Positions 9,833 to 18,235 of a stretch of DNA of 64,000 nt are shown here, one piece after another (the stretch's first letter is position 1; each line of letters opens with the position of its first letter). A program made the position numbers and the translations under genes. The stretch spans positions 14,608-78,607 of the forward strand of contig JBBRRY010000017.1 of NCBI GenBank assembly GCA_038245905.1. The letters run 5' to 3'. The DNA comes from Thermoanaerobaculia bacterium. Its GTDB lineage: Bacteria; Acidobacteriota; Thermoanaerobaculia; UBA5066. The notes below the pieces were generated by a model. That model saw only the letters and a list, made by a program, of their open reading frames with translations. It was not told the origin of the DNA and did no database searches.

Positions 9833-11638
9833 TCAGGCGCGGCGGAATGCGGCGGCGTGTGCCGATGCGTCGAATGTCCGAAGCGCGCCTTCGCGCCGCG
9901 CCGGGGGAGCCGCGGGAGCCTGAGGCACTGGCGCCGCCGGCTGAGGCGCGGGGGCCGGCGCGGAATGAGGCGCCTCGCGGGGAGCGGGTGCGGATTCCCG
10001 GTGGGTCACAGGAGCCTCGCGAGGAGCGGGCGCGGATTCCCGGGCCGGGGGCGCCTCGCGCGAGCGCTCGACCACGCGGGGCTGCGGCGCACGCCATCCC
10101 GAGTCGTCGTGACGAACCGGCCGTGCCTCCTCGACGCGCCTCGGAATCGGGGCCGGGGCCGGCGAGGAAGGGGAGCGCCACCCATCGTCTCGAAGGCGTC
10201 GATAGGCGGGGTCCTGGCCAACGCGCACGGCGGTCTTCTTCAGCTCCTCGATCGCTGCCGGCGAAGGCGTGCTTTCGCGGCGGAGAATCGCCGTCAGGCC
10301 CTCGCTCACGGGAGCCCGGCGAGCGCTCTCGGCGCCTGGCAAACGGTGAAGCGCATCCTGGATCGACGCGGCCGGGTTTCCGCCACGCTCGAAGCGGAGG
10401 GGAGTTGTCGCGATCGTCCCGATCTCACCGGGCCGGAAGCTCACGCGATCCCCGCGCACGATGTCCCGGGCCGGATCCAGCCGGACGACGATCCGCCCGG
10501 ACGGCACGTAGTTCCAGCCGCGCGGATCGATCTGCGAGACTGCGACACGCCCGCGAAGATGCGGGTAGACGGGAACGCGTCCGTCGCTGACGTTCACGCG
10601 GGCGTGCCGGGAACGGGGCTCCCACGAGCCGTAGGTCCCGATCGGGCACCAGCCTATCCAGCCGGGCGTGTAATTCCAGTAGACCCACGCGGGCGAGTAG
10701 TCGTCGCCGGGGCACCACATCCAGCCCAGCATCGAGTCGAAGACCCACGTCCCATAGTGGTACGGGAGCCATCCCCATGGCTCCGAAGAGACCCACGTGA
10801 GGCCCGCAGGCGTCCACCGCCAGTAACCGAGCGCGTACGGCGTCCAGCCGGCGCCCACGCGAGGCCTCCAGCAGGTGCAGCCACACGTCGACGAGTACGT
10901 CCAGCTTCCAAAGTCGTCGAACGAGGCGTTGTCGTAGTCGTAGCCGAAATCCGAGGAGACGTAACGGGTCGTGTTGCGGCTGTCCGTCCGGTCGCGCCGT
11001 TCCTCGATGAACCGCGCGAAGCGGTCGCGCGGCGAAGCGGACACCTCCACCTCGACGTCGCCGTCGCTGCTCACGAACGCGTATTCGCCCGCGCGGACGA
11101 GGGCGCGTCCGGCCCGGCCCGAGACCTCGACCTTGCCCGACAGAGCGTAGATCTCCGTGCCGCGCCTGCCGGCGTCCACGCGGAACAGCGCGCGCGAAGG
11201 CGCCAGGATCGTCGCGTCGTCCGTGTCGAGACGCAGGGCGCGCTCGCGCGTCGTCTCTCTCGCCGCCACGTCACGGACCTCGACCGCCACCGTGCCGCGC
11301 GCGAGGAAGAGGAGGTCACGGTCGTCTTCGGCTTCGTACGTGCGGGCCATCCGGTCGAAGCGCAGGTCCGTGTATCCGTCCACGCGCACCACGTTGCCGT
11401 CCGCGAGGACCGCTTCCGCACGCGACCCGACTCCCGTCACGAGGCTGTCTCCCGGGAGAACCGGCATGTTGATCCGGGCCGCGGAGTCGTCTTCGGCCTT
11501 CGAGAGCAGGGAGACGTCGGGCTGTACGTACGAGAGGTACGTGTAGCCCTCCCGCTGGGCGTCCGCGCGACCCGGCGCCAGGGCGGCGGCGAGAAGGGCG
11601 GCTGCGAGAGCGGTGGGCGCCGTCTGGCGGGCGTTCAT
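9833..11638 (-). CDS. secreted FecR-like / DUF6600-like protein with Pro-rich tail
   Basis: Signal peptide; FecR-like N-domain (INMPVLPGDSLVTG..SRAE); Trp/Gly-rich PYALGYW..WVSSEPWGWLPYHYGTW region; GGAGG before ATG 11638. Confidence 0.8.
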   Translation of the reverse strand: MNARQTAPTALAAALLAAALAPGRADAQREGYTYLSYVQPDVSLLSKAEDDSAARINMPVLPGDSLVTGVGSRAEAVLADGNVVRVDGYTDLRFDRMARTYEAEDDRDLLFLARGTVAVEVRDVAARETTRERALRLDTDDATILAPSRALFRVDAGRRGTEIYALSGKVEVSGRAGRALVRAGEYAFVSSDGDVEVEVSASPRDRFARFIEERRDRTDSRNTTRYVSSDFGYDYDNASFDDFGSWTYSSTCGCTCWRPRVGAGWTPYALGYWRWTPAGLTWVSSEPWGWLPYHYGTWVFDSMLGWMWCPGDDYSPAWVYWNYTPGWIGWCPIGTYGSWEPRSRHARVNVSDGRVPVYPHLRGRVAVSQIDPRGWNYVPSGRIVVRLDPARDIVRGDRVSFRPGEIGTIATTPLRFERGGNPAASIQDALHRLPGAESARRAPVSEGLTAILRRESTPSPAAIEELKKTAVRVGQDPAYRRLRDDGWRSPSSPAPAPIPRRVEEARPVRHDDSGWRAPQPRVVERSREAPPARESAPAPREAPVTHRESAPAPREAPHSAPAPAPQPAAPVPQAPAAPPARREGALRTFDASAHAAAFRRA

Positions 11639-11804
11639 GTCGGGCCTCCGGGCCATCCTATGCGACCTCCGTACCACTATGGGCGGCGCCTCTCTCGTCC
11701 CCCCGCGGGGACGCTTGACCGCGCCCGGGAAGCCCTGCAATCTCAACGTGCTGGCCGACGCTCCTGAAAAGGGGAGAAGAGCCGTCCCGTCCTCCGGAGT
11801 GCAG

Positions 11805-12320
11805 GTGGCCATTCGAGAAATCGTCAAGTACGGGGATCCGCGGCTCGTCGCGAAGAACCGGGCCGTCGACGTGTTCGACGATCCCGGCCTCGCCGCCTTG
11901 CTTCAGGACCTGAAAGAGACCTGCTGGGCGGCTCCCGGCCTCGGTCTCGCCGCCCCCCAGATCGGGGTGAACCTCCGCGTCGCGATCGTCGATCTCTCGA
12001 TCGGGAAGGATCCGGCCCAGGTCATCGTGCTCGTGAACCCCGTCGTCGTGGACGTGCAGGGGCTCATTCGGGAAGAGGAGGGCTGTCTCTCCTTTCCCGA
12101 CATGGTGGAGACGGTCGAGCGGCCCGAGAGAGTGACGGTGGAGGCCCTCGACGCCCTCGGAAAGAAGCAGACGTTCGACGGGCGAGACCTTCTCGCGCGG
12201 GCATTCTGCCACGAGGTGGACCACCTCGACCAGCGGCTCTTCGTCGACCGGCTCTCGTCCCTGAAGAAAGGCCTCCTGCTGCGCCAGGTCGTCAAACGCC
12301 AGAAAAGGGGGGTGTGGTAG
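11805..12320 (+). CDS. def: peptide deformylase
   Basis: GLGLAAPQIG, EGCLS and HEVDHL motifs. Confidence 0.95.
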   Translation: MAIREIVKYGDPRLVAKNRAVDVFDDPGLAALLQDLKETCWAAPGLGLAAPQIGVNLRVAIVDLSIGKDPAQVIVLVNPVVVDVQGLIREEEGCLSFPDMVETVERPERVTVEALDALGKKQTFDGRDLLARAFCHEVDHLDQRLFVDRLSSLKKGLLLRQVVKRQKRGVW

Positions 12321-12356
12321 ACGGCGTCAACAGCCACGATGCCGCGACGCCCGACA

Positions 12357-13259
12357 CTACGCTCCGGCTTTCGCGCGCAGCTCGTCGACGAGGTTGAGCC
12401 GGTGGAGGGTGCGGCCGAGGTGCGCGGCGAACGCCATCAAATGCTCGAGCTCGGGTGATTCGCCTGGTGGAGGAAGCGGTCCGCGCCGATAGAGGCGCAG
12501 CGTGCCGAGGAGCTCCTTGCCGCCGAAGACCGGAGCGGCGGTGATGGTCCAGTCCGGGGTGGCATCGCCCGGGAGGCGCGGCGCGCGCGCCGTGCGCGGA
12601 TCCTCGTCGAGGCCGAGCGTCGCGACGAAGCCGGGAGGACTTCCGCCCGGCCAGGTGCTGGAGGCGGCCGCGAGCAGGTCTACGTGGCCCGTGCGCCGCA
12701 CGTGCAGCGTGACGCCGTCGGCGCCGAACACGGACGCGATCCGGTCGAGGATCGGGACGAGGAGGCGCGCCCGGAAGTCTTCGGTCGTGACGCCGTCCTC
12801 TTCGACCTTCGCGGAGATCTCCTGCTGCAGCTCGAGAATCTGCGTGCGCGCCGTGAGGGCGTCCAGTAGCTCCTTGATGCGAAGCGCGTTCTTCACGCGC
12901 GCCTTCAGCTCGCGGGCCGAGAACGGCTTCGTGACGTAGTCGTTCGCGAGCGCTTCGAAACCCTGCAGGAGGTCTTCCTCCTCAGTGCGCGCCGTTACGA
13001 AGATGACCTGCGTGCCCGCCGTCGCGCCGACGGTCTTGATCCGGCGGCAGACCTCGTAACCGGAGAGATCGGGCATACGCACGTCGAGGAGGACGACGTC
13101 GGGCCGGCGGGCGTCCACTTTCTCGAGGGCCTCGGTGCCGGACAGCGCGCTTTCGAAGTCGCAGCCCAGCTCGTAGGCGATGTACGACGCCACCTCGGCC
13201 TGGTAAGGGTCGTCGTCCACGAGGAGGAGCAGGGGCGCGGAGGCGGGCGATCGGAACAT
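12357..13259 (-). CDS. response regulator with C-terminal GAF-like domain
   Basis: N-terminal receiver (LLVDDD, LLDVRMP, KPF); coiled linker; GAF-like C-terminus (APVFGGKELLGTLRL). Confidence 0.82.
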   Translation of the reverse strand: MFRSPASAPLLLLVDDDPYQAEVASYIAYELGCDFESALSGTEALEKVDARRPDVVLLDVRMPDLSGYEVCRRIKTVGATAGTQVIFVTARTEEEDLLQGFEALANDYVTKPFSARELKARVKNALRIKELLDALTARTQILELQQEISAKVEEDGVTTEDFRARLLVPILDRIASVFGADGVTLHVRRTGHVDLLAAASSTWPGGSPPGFVATLGLDEDPRTARAPRLPGDATPDWTITAAPVFGGKELLGTLRLYRRGPLPPPGESPELEHLMAFAAHLGRTLHRLNLVDELRAKAGA

Positions 13260-13386
13260 GGCGACCGAGGGTATAGCAGAACCAGGGAGCGATCAGGGAG
13301 CGCTTTTGCCTGGACCGACCTGCGACAGCGCGGATTCGACCCGATGCGCTAGCGAAATCCCTCGCGGTCGTCGAGAATCGCCCGTC

Positions 13387-14868
13387 GTGACTCTTCGCCT
13401 TTACAACACCATGAGCCGCTCGCTCGAGGAGTTTCGTCCCGTCTACCCGGGAAAGATCGGCCTCTACACATGCGGACCCACCGTCTACAACCGGGTGCAC
13501 ATCGGAAACCTCAGGACATTCGTCTGGGAAGACGTGATGTGCCGCGTCTTTCGCGCCCTCGGCTACGAGACGACCCAGGTGATGAACCTCACGGACATCG
13601 ACGACAAGACGATCCGGGGCGCGTTGGCCGCCGGGCTGCCGCTGCGCGCGTTCACGGACCTTCACATCGCGACGTTCTTCGAGGACCTGAAGACGCTCGG
13701 CGTCGAGCCGGCGGCGCTCTATCCGCGCGCCACGGAGCACATCCCCGAGATGGTCACGATCGTCCAGAAGCTCGCCGCCCGTGGGCACACGTACGAGAGC
13801 GACGGATCGGTCTGGTTCCGGATCTCGACGTTCCCGGGCTACGGAAGTCTCTCTAAGATCGACCTCACGGCCGTGAAGCGCGGCGCGCGCGTGGCCGACG
13901 ACGAGTACGAGAAGGAAGATGTGCGCGACTTCGCGGTATGGAAGGGAGCGAAGGAGGGCGAGCCCGAGTCCGCGACGTGGGCCACGGCGCTTGGCCGCGG
14001 GCGGCCCGGCTGGCACCTCGAGTGCAGCGCCATGGCGATGAAGTACCTCGGCGAAACGCTCGACATCCACACGGGCGCCGTCGACAACATCTTCCCGCAT
14101 CACGAGAACGAGATCGCGCAGAGCGAAGGCGCGACCGGGAAACCGTTCGTCCATTACTGGCTCCACGCCGAGCACCTCCTCGTGGACGGCGAGAAGATGT
14201 CGAAGAGCAAGGGGAACTTCTACACGCTTCCCGACCTCCTCGAGAGGGGCTTCTCTCCGCGCGCGATCCGCTACCTCCTCATCTCGGTCCCGTATCGGAT
14301 GAAGCTCAACTTCACCTTCGACGGCCTGAAGGCCGCGACCTCCGCGGTCGAGCGGCTGGAGTCGCTCGACCTGCGGCTCAGGGAAAGAGAGAAAGAGAAG
14401 AACAGTTCTTTGAAAGGGGAAGAGGGGGGGAGAGAGGGATTCGAGGGGCGACTGGCGGAGGCGCGGCGTGCGGTCTTTGCCGCCCTCGAGGACGACCTCA
14501 ACACGGCCGGCGCTCTCGGGGCGCTGTTCTCGTTCGTCAAGGCGACCAACGTCGATCTCGAGGCGGGCCATCTGTCGGCCTCCGACGCAACCGCGGCGCG
14601 CGGTCTTCTCCATGAAGTCGCCGGGAACGTCTTCGGAGTCATTGAAAAGACCGCAGGCGACGATGCGCCCTCTTCACCTTCTCAGAAATCTTCATCCGAA
14701 TCCCCCGAATCCGATGATGCGTGGATCCTGGAGCGCATCGAGGCCCGAAAGGGGGCTAGAAAGGCCCGGGATTTCAAGGCCGCCGACGCGATCCGCGACG
14801 AGCTCCTGGGCAAGGGAGTCATCCTCGAAGACACGCCCCAGGGCGTTCGCTGGAAGAGGAAGCCTTGA
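13387..14868 (+). CDS. cysS: cysteine--tRNA ligase
   Basis: LYNT, YTCGPTVY, HIGN, GRPGWHLECSAM, FPHHENEIAQS and KMSKS motifs; GTG at 13387 chosen as start. Confidence 0.96.
   Translation: MTLRLYNTMSRSLEEFRPVYPGKIGLYTCGPTVYNRVHIGNLRTFVWEDVMCRVFRALGYETTQVMNLTDIDDKTIRGALAAGLPLRAFTDLHIATFFEDLKTLGVEPAALYPRATEHIPEMVTIVQKLAARGHTYESDGSVWFRISTFPGYGSLSKIDLTAVKRGARVADDEYEKEDVRDFAVWKGAKEGEPESATWATALGRGRPGWHLECSAMAMKYLGETLDIHTGAVDNIFPHHENEIAQSEGATGKPFVHYWLHAEHLLVDGEKMSKSKGNFYTLPDLLERGFSPRAIRYLLISVPYRMKLNFTFDGLKAATSAVERLESLDLRLREREKEKNSSLKGEEGGREGFEGRLAEARRAVFAALEDDLNTAGALGALFSFVKATNVDLEAGHLSASDATAARGLLHEVAGNVFGVIEKTAGDDAPSSPSQKSSSESPESDDAWILERIEARKGARKARDFKAADAIRDELLGKGVILEDTPQGVRWKRKP
14401..14693. repeat. 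inverted pair of the dispersed motif inside cysS
   Basis: Minus copy 14401-14427 (CCCCTCTTCCCCTTTCAAAGAACTGTT) and plus copy 14668-14693 (CCCTCTTCACCTTCTCAGAAATCTTC). Confidence 0.7.
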
Positions 14869-14894
14869 CAGTGGCGCGCCACTTCGGGTCTACT
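14865..14894 (+). promoter_or_regulatory. putative sigma70 promoter of the aro-his-trp leader
   Basis: Perfect TTGACA at 14865-14870; only a weak -10 (TCTACT) at 18 bp; spacer carries the palindrome AGTGGCGCGCCACT. Confidence 0.5.
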
Positions 14895-14903
14895 TCCGGA
14901 GTC

Positions 14904-14945
14904 ATGATCTTCGTCGCGCGCCACTGGCACGTTCATCACACCTGA
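14904..14945 (+). CDS. His/Trp-rich attenuator leader peptide MIFVARHWHVHHT
   Basis: ATG ATC TTC GTC GCG CGC CAC TGG CAC GTT CAT CAC ACC TGA: 4 His, 1 Trp and 1 Phe in 13 codons, upstream of the his and trp genes. Confidence 0.85.
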   Translation: MIFVARHWHVHHT

Positions 14946-15046
14946 GTCGGCTGCGCCTCGCGCCGCCGGCCCATAGAGGTTCGGAGGCACGCGGGTTTTC
15001 CAACAAGGTCACCCCAACCCCTCCGGATCGGAGGGGTTTTCGTTTT
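14946..15046 (+). promoter_or_regulatory. transcription attenuator (alternative hairpins plus terminator)
   Basis: Terminator AACCCCTCCG-GAT-CGGAGGGGTT-TTCGTTTT (15016-15046); antiterminator arms CGGAG (14982-14986) and GGGTT (14993-14997) are complementary to 15016-15025. Confidence 0.82.
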
Positions 15047-16607
15047 GGTCCTCACCGCGGAGAAAACACTTCTCGTCGCGTCCCTCGCACCGGCTTCTAA
15101 CGCCGAGGCTCTGGGGGGGCGCGCGGCTCTCGCCGACCTGCCTCCGTCGACGGCTGTCGAGCTGCGCCTGGATGCGATGACCGAGGCGCCTGCGTTCGGC
15201 GCGCTGCGCGCGTGCTTCGAAGGCAGAACGCTCATCGCAACCGTTCGATCCAAAGCCGAGGGCGGCGGGTTCCGGGGGAGCGAGGAGGAAGAGCGGGATT
15301 TCCTAGAAGGTGCCCTCTCTGCGGGCTTCGATCTCGCAGACGTTGAATTTCGCCGCGACCTTGGTACTCGCTTCGCCGGAATACCTCCTTCTAAGAAGAT
15401 TTCTTCTCTCCACGACCCCGAAGGGGTACCAGCCGACCTCGACAGCGTCGTCTCGAGGATGCTCGCTTCCCCCTCGCGCTTCGTGAAAGTCGCGGCGACG
15501 GCAAACGATTCCGGCGACGCCCGCCGCCTTCTCGAGCTTCAGGCCGCGAACCCAGGGGGGCGCCTCACCGTATTCGGCATGGGCGAGGCCGGGATCGCCA
15601 CGCGCGTCCTCTCGCCCTATCTCGGCGCGGCGCTCGCGTACGGGGCGCTCGTCCCCGGGCGCGCCACGGCACCCGGCCAGCTTCTTGCGCGCGACCTCAA
15701 CGAGATCTACGGCGTCGGCTGCGCGCGGAGCGTCTCGCGGCTCTTCGGGATCCTGGGCGGCGTCGTCTCGCACTCCCTCTCTCCCGCTCTCCACAACGCG
15801 AATTTCGAGGCTCTCGAAGAGGACGCGCTCTACGTCCCGTTTGCGATGCGGATGCTCGGGAGGGAGCTCGAGCCCCTCGTCGCCTCCCTCGACGCGCTCG
15901 GCCTTCCTCTCGGGGGCGTCTCGGTGACGATCCCGTTCAAGGAAGAGGCCGCGCTCCTTTCGGGCGCGGCCGAGGGCGGCGAGAGGGCGGTCAACACGCT
16001 CCTGAGGTCGAGCGCCCCGGGCCTGCCGCTCCAGTGGCGCGCGGAAAACACCGACCGTGCGGCATTCGAGGCCGTGATTGAAGATGCTTCCGAGAGAGGG
16101 AGAACCGAGACGAGCGCGAATGCGCGGGTGGCGATCGTCCTCGGGGCTGGTGGTACGGCACGGGTTGCCGTGGATGTTCTCCGAAAAAGGGGATTCGGAG
16201 TCTTTCTGGTGAACCGAGGCGAGGAGCGTGGCGAGGCGCTTGCGGCTGCCACGGGCGCCCATTACCTTTCTAATAAATCCTCGGCGCCGTGGCCCGAGGC
16301 TGGAGTCATCGTCAACGCGACGGCCCTCGGGCTTCTCCCGGGGGATCCTCTTCCCTGCGAGCAAAATATTCTCCGCCCCGGGATGCTCGTGATCGACGCG
16401 CCGTATCGCGCCGGCGGAACAGAGCTCGTCCGGGCGGCGCGCGCAGCGGGCGCGCGCGTCGTAGACGGCCAGACACTGCTCCTGCTTCAGGCCGCGGGCC
16501 AGGCAACGCTCTTCACCGGGCGGCAGACGAGCCCGCGGGATCTGCTCTCGCGTCTCGCGCCGCGCCTTCGCTCCCTGTTTTCGTCCTTCGAGGAGTTTTC
16601 TCCTTGA
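15045..16607 (+). CDS. bifunctional type I 3-dehydroquinate dehydratase / shikimate dehydrogenase (AroD-AroE fusion)
   Basis: N-half has VELRLD, ATVRSKAEGG, SLHD, MGEAG and APGQ; C-half has HSLSPALHN, SVTIPFK, AVNT, NTD, LGAGGTAR and VNAT; TTG start uncertain. Confidence 0.88.
   Translation: MVLTAEKTLLVASLAPASNAEALGGRAALADLPPSTAVELRLDAMTEAPAFGALRACFEGRTLIATVRSKAEGGGFRGSEEEERDFLEGALSAGFDLADVEFRRDLGTRFAGIPPSKKISSLHDPEGVPADLDSVVSRMLASPSRFVKVAATANDSGDARRLLELQAANPGGRLTVFGMGEAGIATRVLSPYLGAALAYGALVPGRATAPGQLLARDLNEIYGVGCARSVSRLFGILGGVVSHSLSPALHNANFEALEEDALYVPFAMRMLGRELEPLVASLDALGLPLGGVSVTIPFKEEAALLSGAAEGGERAVNTLLRSSAPGLPLQWRAENTDRAAFEAVIEDASERGRTETSANARVAIVLGAGGTARVAVDVLRKRGFGVFLVNRGEERGEALAAATGAHYLSNKSSAPWPEAGVIVNATALGLLPGDPLPCEQNILRPGMLVIDAPYRAGGTELVRAARAAGARVVDGQTLLLLQAAGQATLFTGRQTSPRDLLSRLAPRLRSLFSSFEEFSP
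15295..15406. repeat. inverted pair of the dispersed motif inside the aroD domain
   Basis: Minus CACCTTCTAGGAAATCCC (15295-15312); plus CCTCCTTCTAAGAAGATTTCTTC (15384-15406). Confidence 0.65.
16258..16282 (+). repeat. copy of the dispersed motif inside the aroE domain
   Basis: CCCATTACCTTTCTAATAAATCCTC. Confidence 0.6.
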
Positions 16608-18235
16608 AGATCGAGCGGCCCGACCCGAACCTGCCGCGAGGCGTGCAGGCATTTCTCTTCGACGCGGCCGAGCGCCGCCGGAAGGCGGAAGACTCGGTCG
16701 TGCGACGGCTTCAGGAGGCCGGTCTGCGTGAGGTGATTCTCCCCGTCCTGGATTTCGCGGCCCCCTATGCCGGCGTGACGGCCGAGGGAGACGATCGCCT
16801 TTATCGGTTCCTCGACCGGCAGGGGAATACTCTGGCGCTTCGGGCGGACTTCACGCCGATGGCGGCGCGCGTCGTGGCGCCACGGCTCAGCGCGCTCTCC
16901 GGAGCCGTCTCCCTCTTCTACCGCGGAGACGTCGTGCGCGACGAGGAGACTGGTGTCGGGCGCCGGCGCGAGTTCGCGCAGGTCGGCGCAGAGCGTTACG
17001 GCGATGGCCGCCCGGAGGCCGACGGCGAAATGCTCGCGCTGGCTCTCTCCTGCCTCGGAGATCTTCCGGCCGAGCGCCTCAGGCTCACCCTCGGCTGGTC
17101 GGGCCTCCTGGAACGCCTGCTCGCCATACTCGCCCCGGGACTCGAAGTGAACGGCGCGTCCGAACTCGCCGTTGCCTTGTCGGCCGCGCGCGCGCGGCAC
17201 ATCACGGAGCTGGAGACGCGGCTTTCGACCGCGGGCGCCGCGCCGGCCGTCGCTGCGGAAGCCGCCCGGGCCCTCCTCGTCGGCTTCGACCCCTCTTCCG
17301 ATCTCTTCCACTCGACTGCCCTTGCGGGCGCGGCCGCGGAGCTCGCGCGCGCGGTCGCAATTGCGAGGGCCGCCCGGCCCGGTCTCTCGGTCGTCGTCGA
17401 CCTTGCCGACACTCCCCAGGCCCCCTATTACACGGGGCTCACGTTCAGCGTGGACGCCGCGAGCGGGGGCGGCACGATTGCCGGAGGCGGACGGTACGAC
17501 GGCCTCCTCGGGCGTTTCGGCACGGCGGCGCCCGCGCTCGGCTTCTGTATCGGCCTCGAGGCTCTCGGTGCTGCCGCCGATGTAACCGAGAGAGACGCGC
17601 GCCCTCTCCGAATCGCGGTCGGGAAGGGCCGGCTCCTGCCGCAGGCGCTCGAGGCGCTCGACGCCGGAGGCGCCTCGTTCGGCGAGCCGGACGGCCGGCG
17701 CCTTCTCGTGCTTTCCTCGGACGGCGCGTTCGAGCTGCTTCTCCTCAAGGACGACGACGTCCCGACCTACGTGGCTCACGGTGGCGCCGACCTCGGGATC
17801 GTGGGGAGCGACCGCGTCCTCGAGAGCGGCGAGGACGTGACCTCCCCCGTGGAGCTTCCGTTCGGCGCCTGCCGCCTCTCCCTCATCGGGCGGGCGGGGG
17901 AGCCGTTCCGCCCGAACGGCGCGCCCGTTCGCGTGGGAACGAAGTACCGCCGCCTCGCGGCCCGCTATTTCGATGAGCGGAAGATCGCCCATGAGATCGT
18001 CCCGCTCGCGGGTTCGGTCGAGCTCGCTGCCGCGCTCGGGCTCACGGACGTCGTCGTGGACCTCATCGAATCTGGCTCCACGATGGCCGCGAACGGTCTC
18101 GCCGAGATCGAGACCATCCTCACGAGCCGCGCGACCCTCGTCCTCGGGCGTTCCGCGCTCATCGCCCGCCGGGCCGAGATCGCGGAGTTCGTCCAGCGCC
18201 TCAGGGCTCATGCGGGCAAGGCGCTGACTTCATGA
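16604..18235 (+). CDS. hisZ-hisG: HisZ-HisG(short) fusion: ATP phosphoribosyltransferase regulatory plus catalytic subunit
   Basis: HisZ motifs LALRADFT, REFAQVGAE, YYTGLTF and GGGRYDGLLGRFG are in frame with HisG motifs RIAVGKGRL, DVPTYVAHGGADLGIVG, TKY, GSVELA and DLIESGST; TTG overlaps the aroE stop. Confidence 0.9.
   Translation: MKIERPDPNLPRGVQAFLFDAAERRRKAEDSVVRRLQEAGLREVILPVLDFAAPYAGVTAEGDDRLYRFLDRQGNTLALRADFTPMAARVVAPRLSALSGAVSLFYRGDVVRDEETGVGRRREFAQVGAERYGDGRPEADGEMLALALSCLGDLPAERLRLTLGWSGLLERLLAILAPGLEVNGASELAVALSAARARHITELETRLSTAGAAPAVAAEAARALLVGFDPSSDLFHSTALAGAAAELARAVAIARAARPGLSVVVDLADTPQAPYYTGLTFSVDAASGGGTIAGGGRYDGLLGRFGTAAPALGFCIGLEALGAAADVTERDARPLRIAVGKGRLLPQALEALDAGGASFGEPDGRRLLVLSSDGAFELLLLKDDDVPTYVAHGGADLGIVGSDRVLESGEDVTSPVELPFGACRLSLIGRAGEPFRPNGAPVRVGTKYRRLAARYFDERKIAHEIVPLAGSVELAAALGLTDVVVDLIESGSTMAANGLAEIETILTSRATLVLGRSALIARRAEIAEFVQRLRAHAGKALTS

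Noticed and set aside
9960-10065. Short direct DNA repeats in the FecR-like gene tail
   Set aside because: Explained by the duplicated RESAPAPREAP peptide in a disordered region.
14870-15046. T-box riboswitch or tRNA between cysS and aroDE
   Set aside because: No T-box consensus or cloverleaf was found, and the leader peptide plus hairpins explain the region.
16079-16200. Additional weak motif-like copies in aroE (also near 18352, 52533 and 52783)
   Set aside because: They are too degenerate to call by eye and need a PWM scan.
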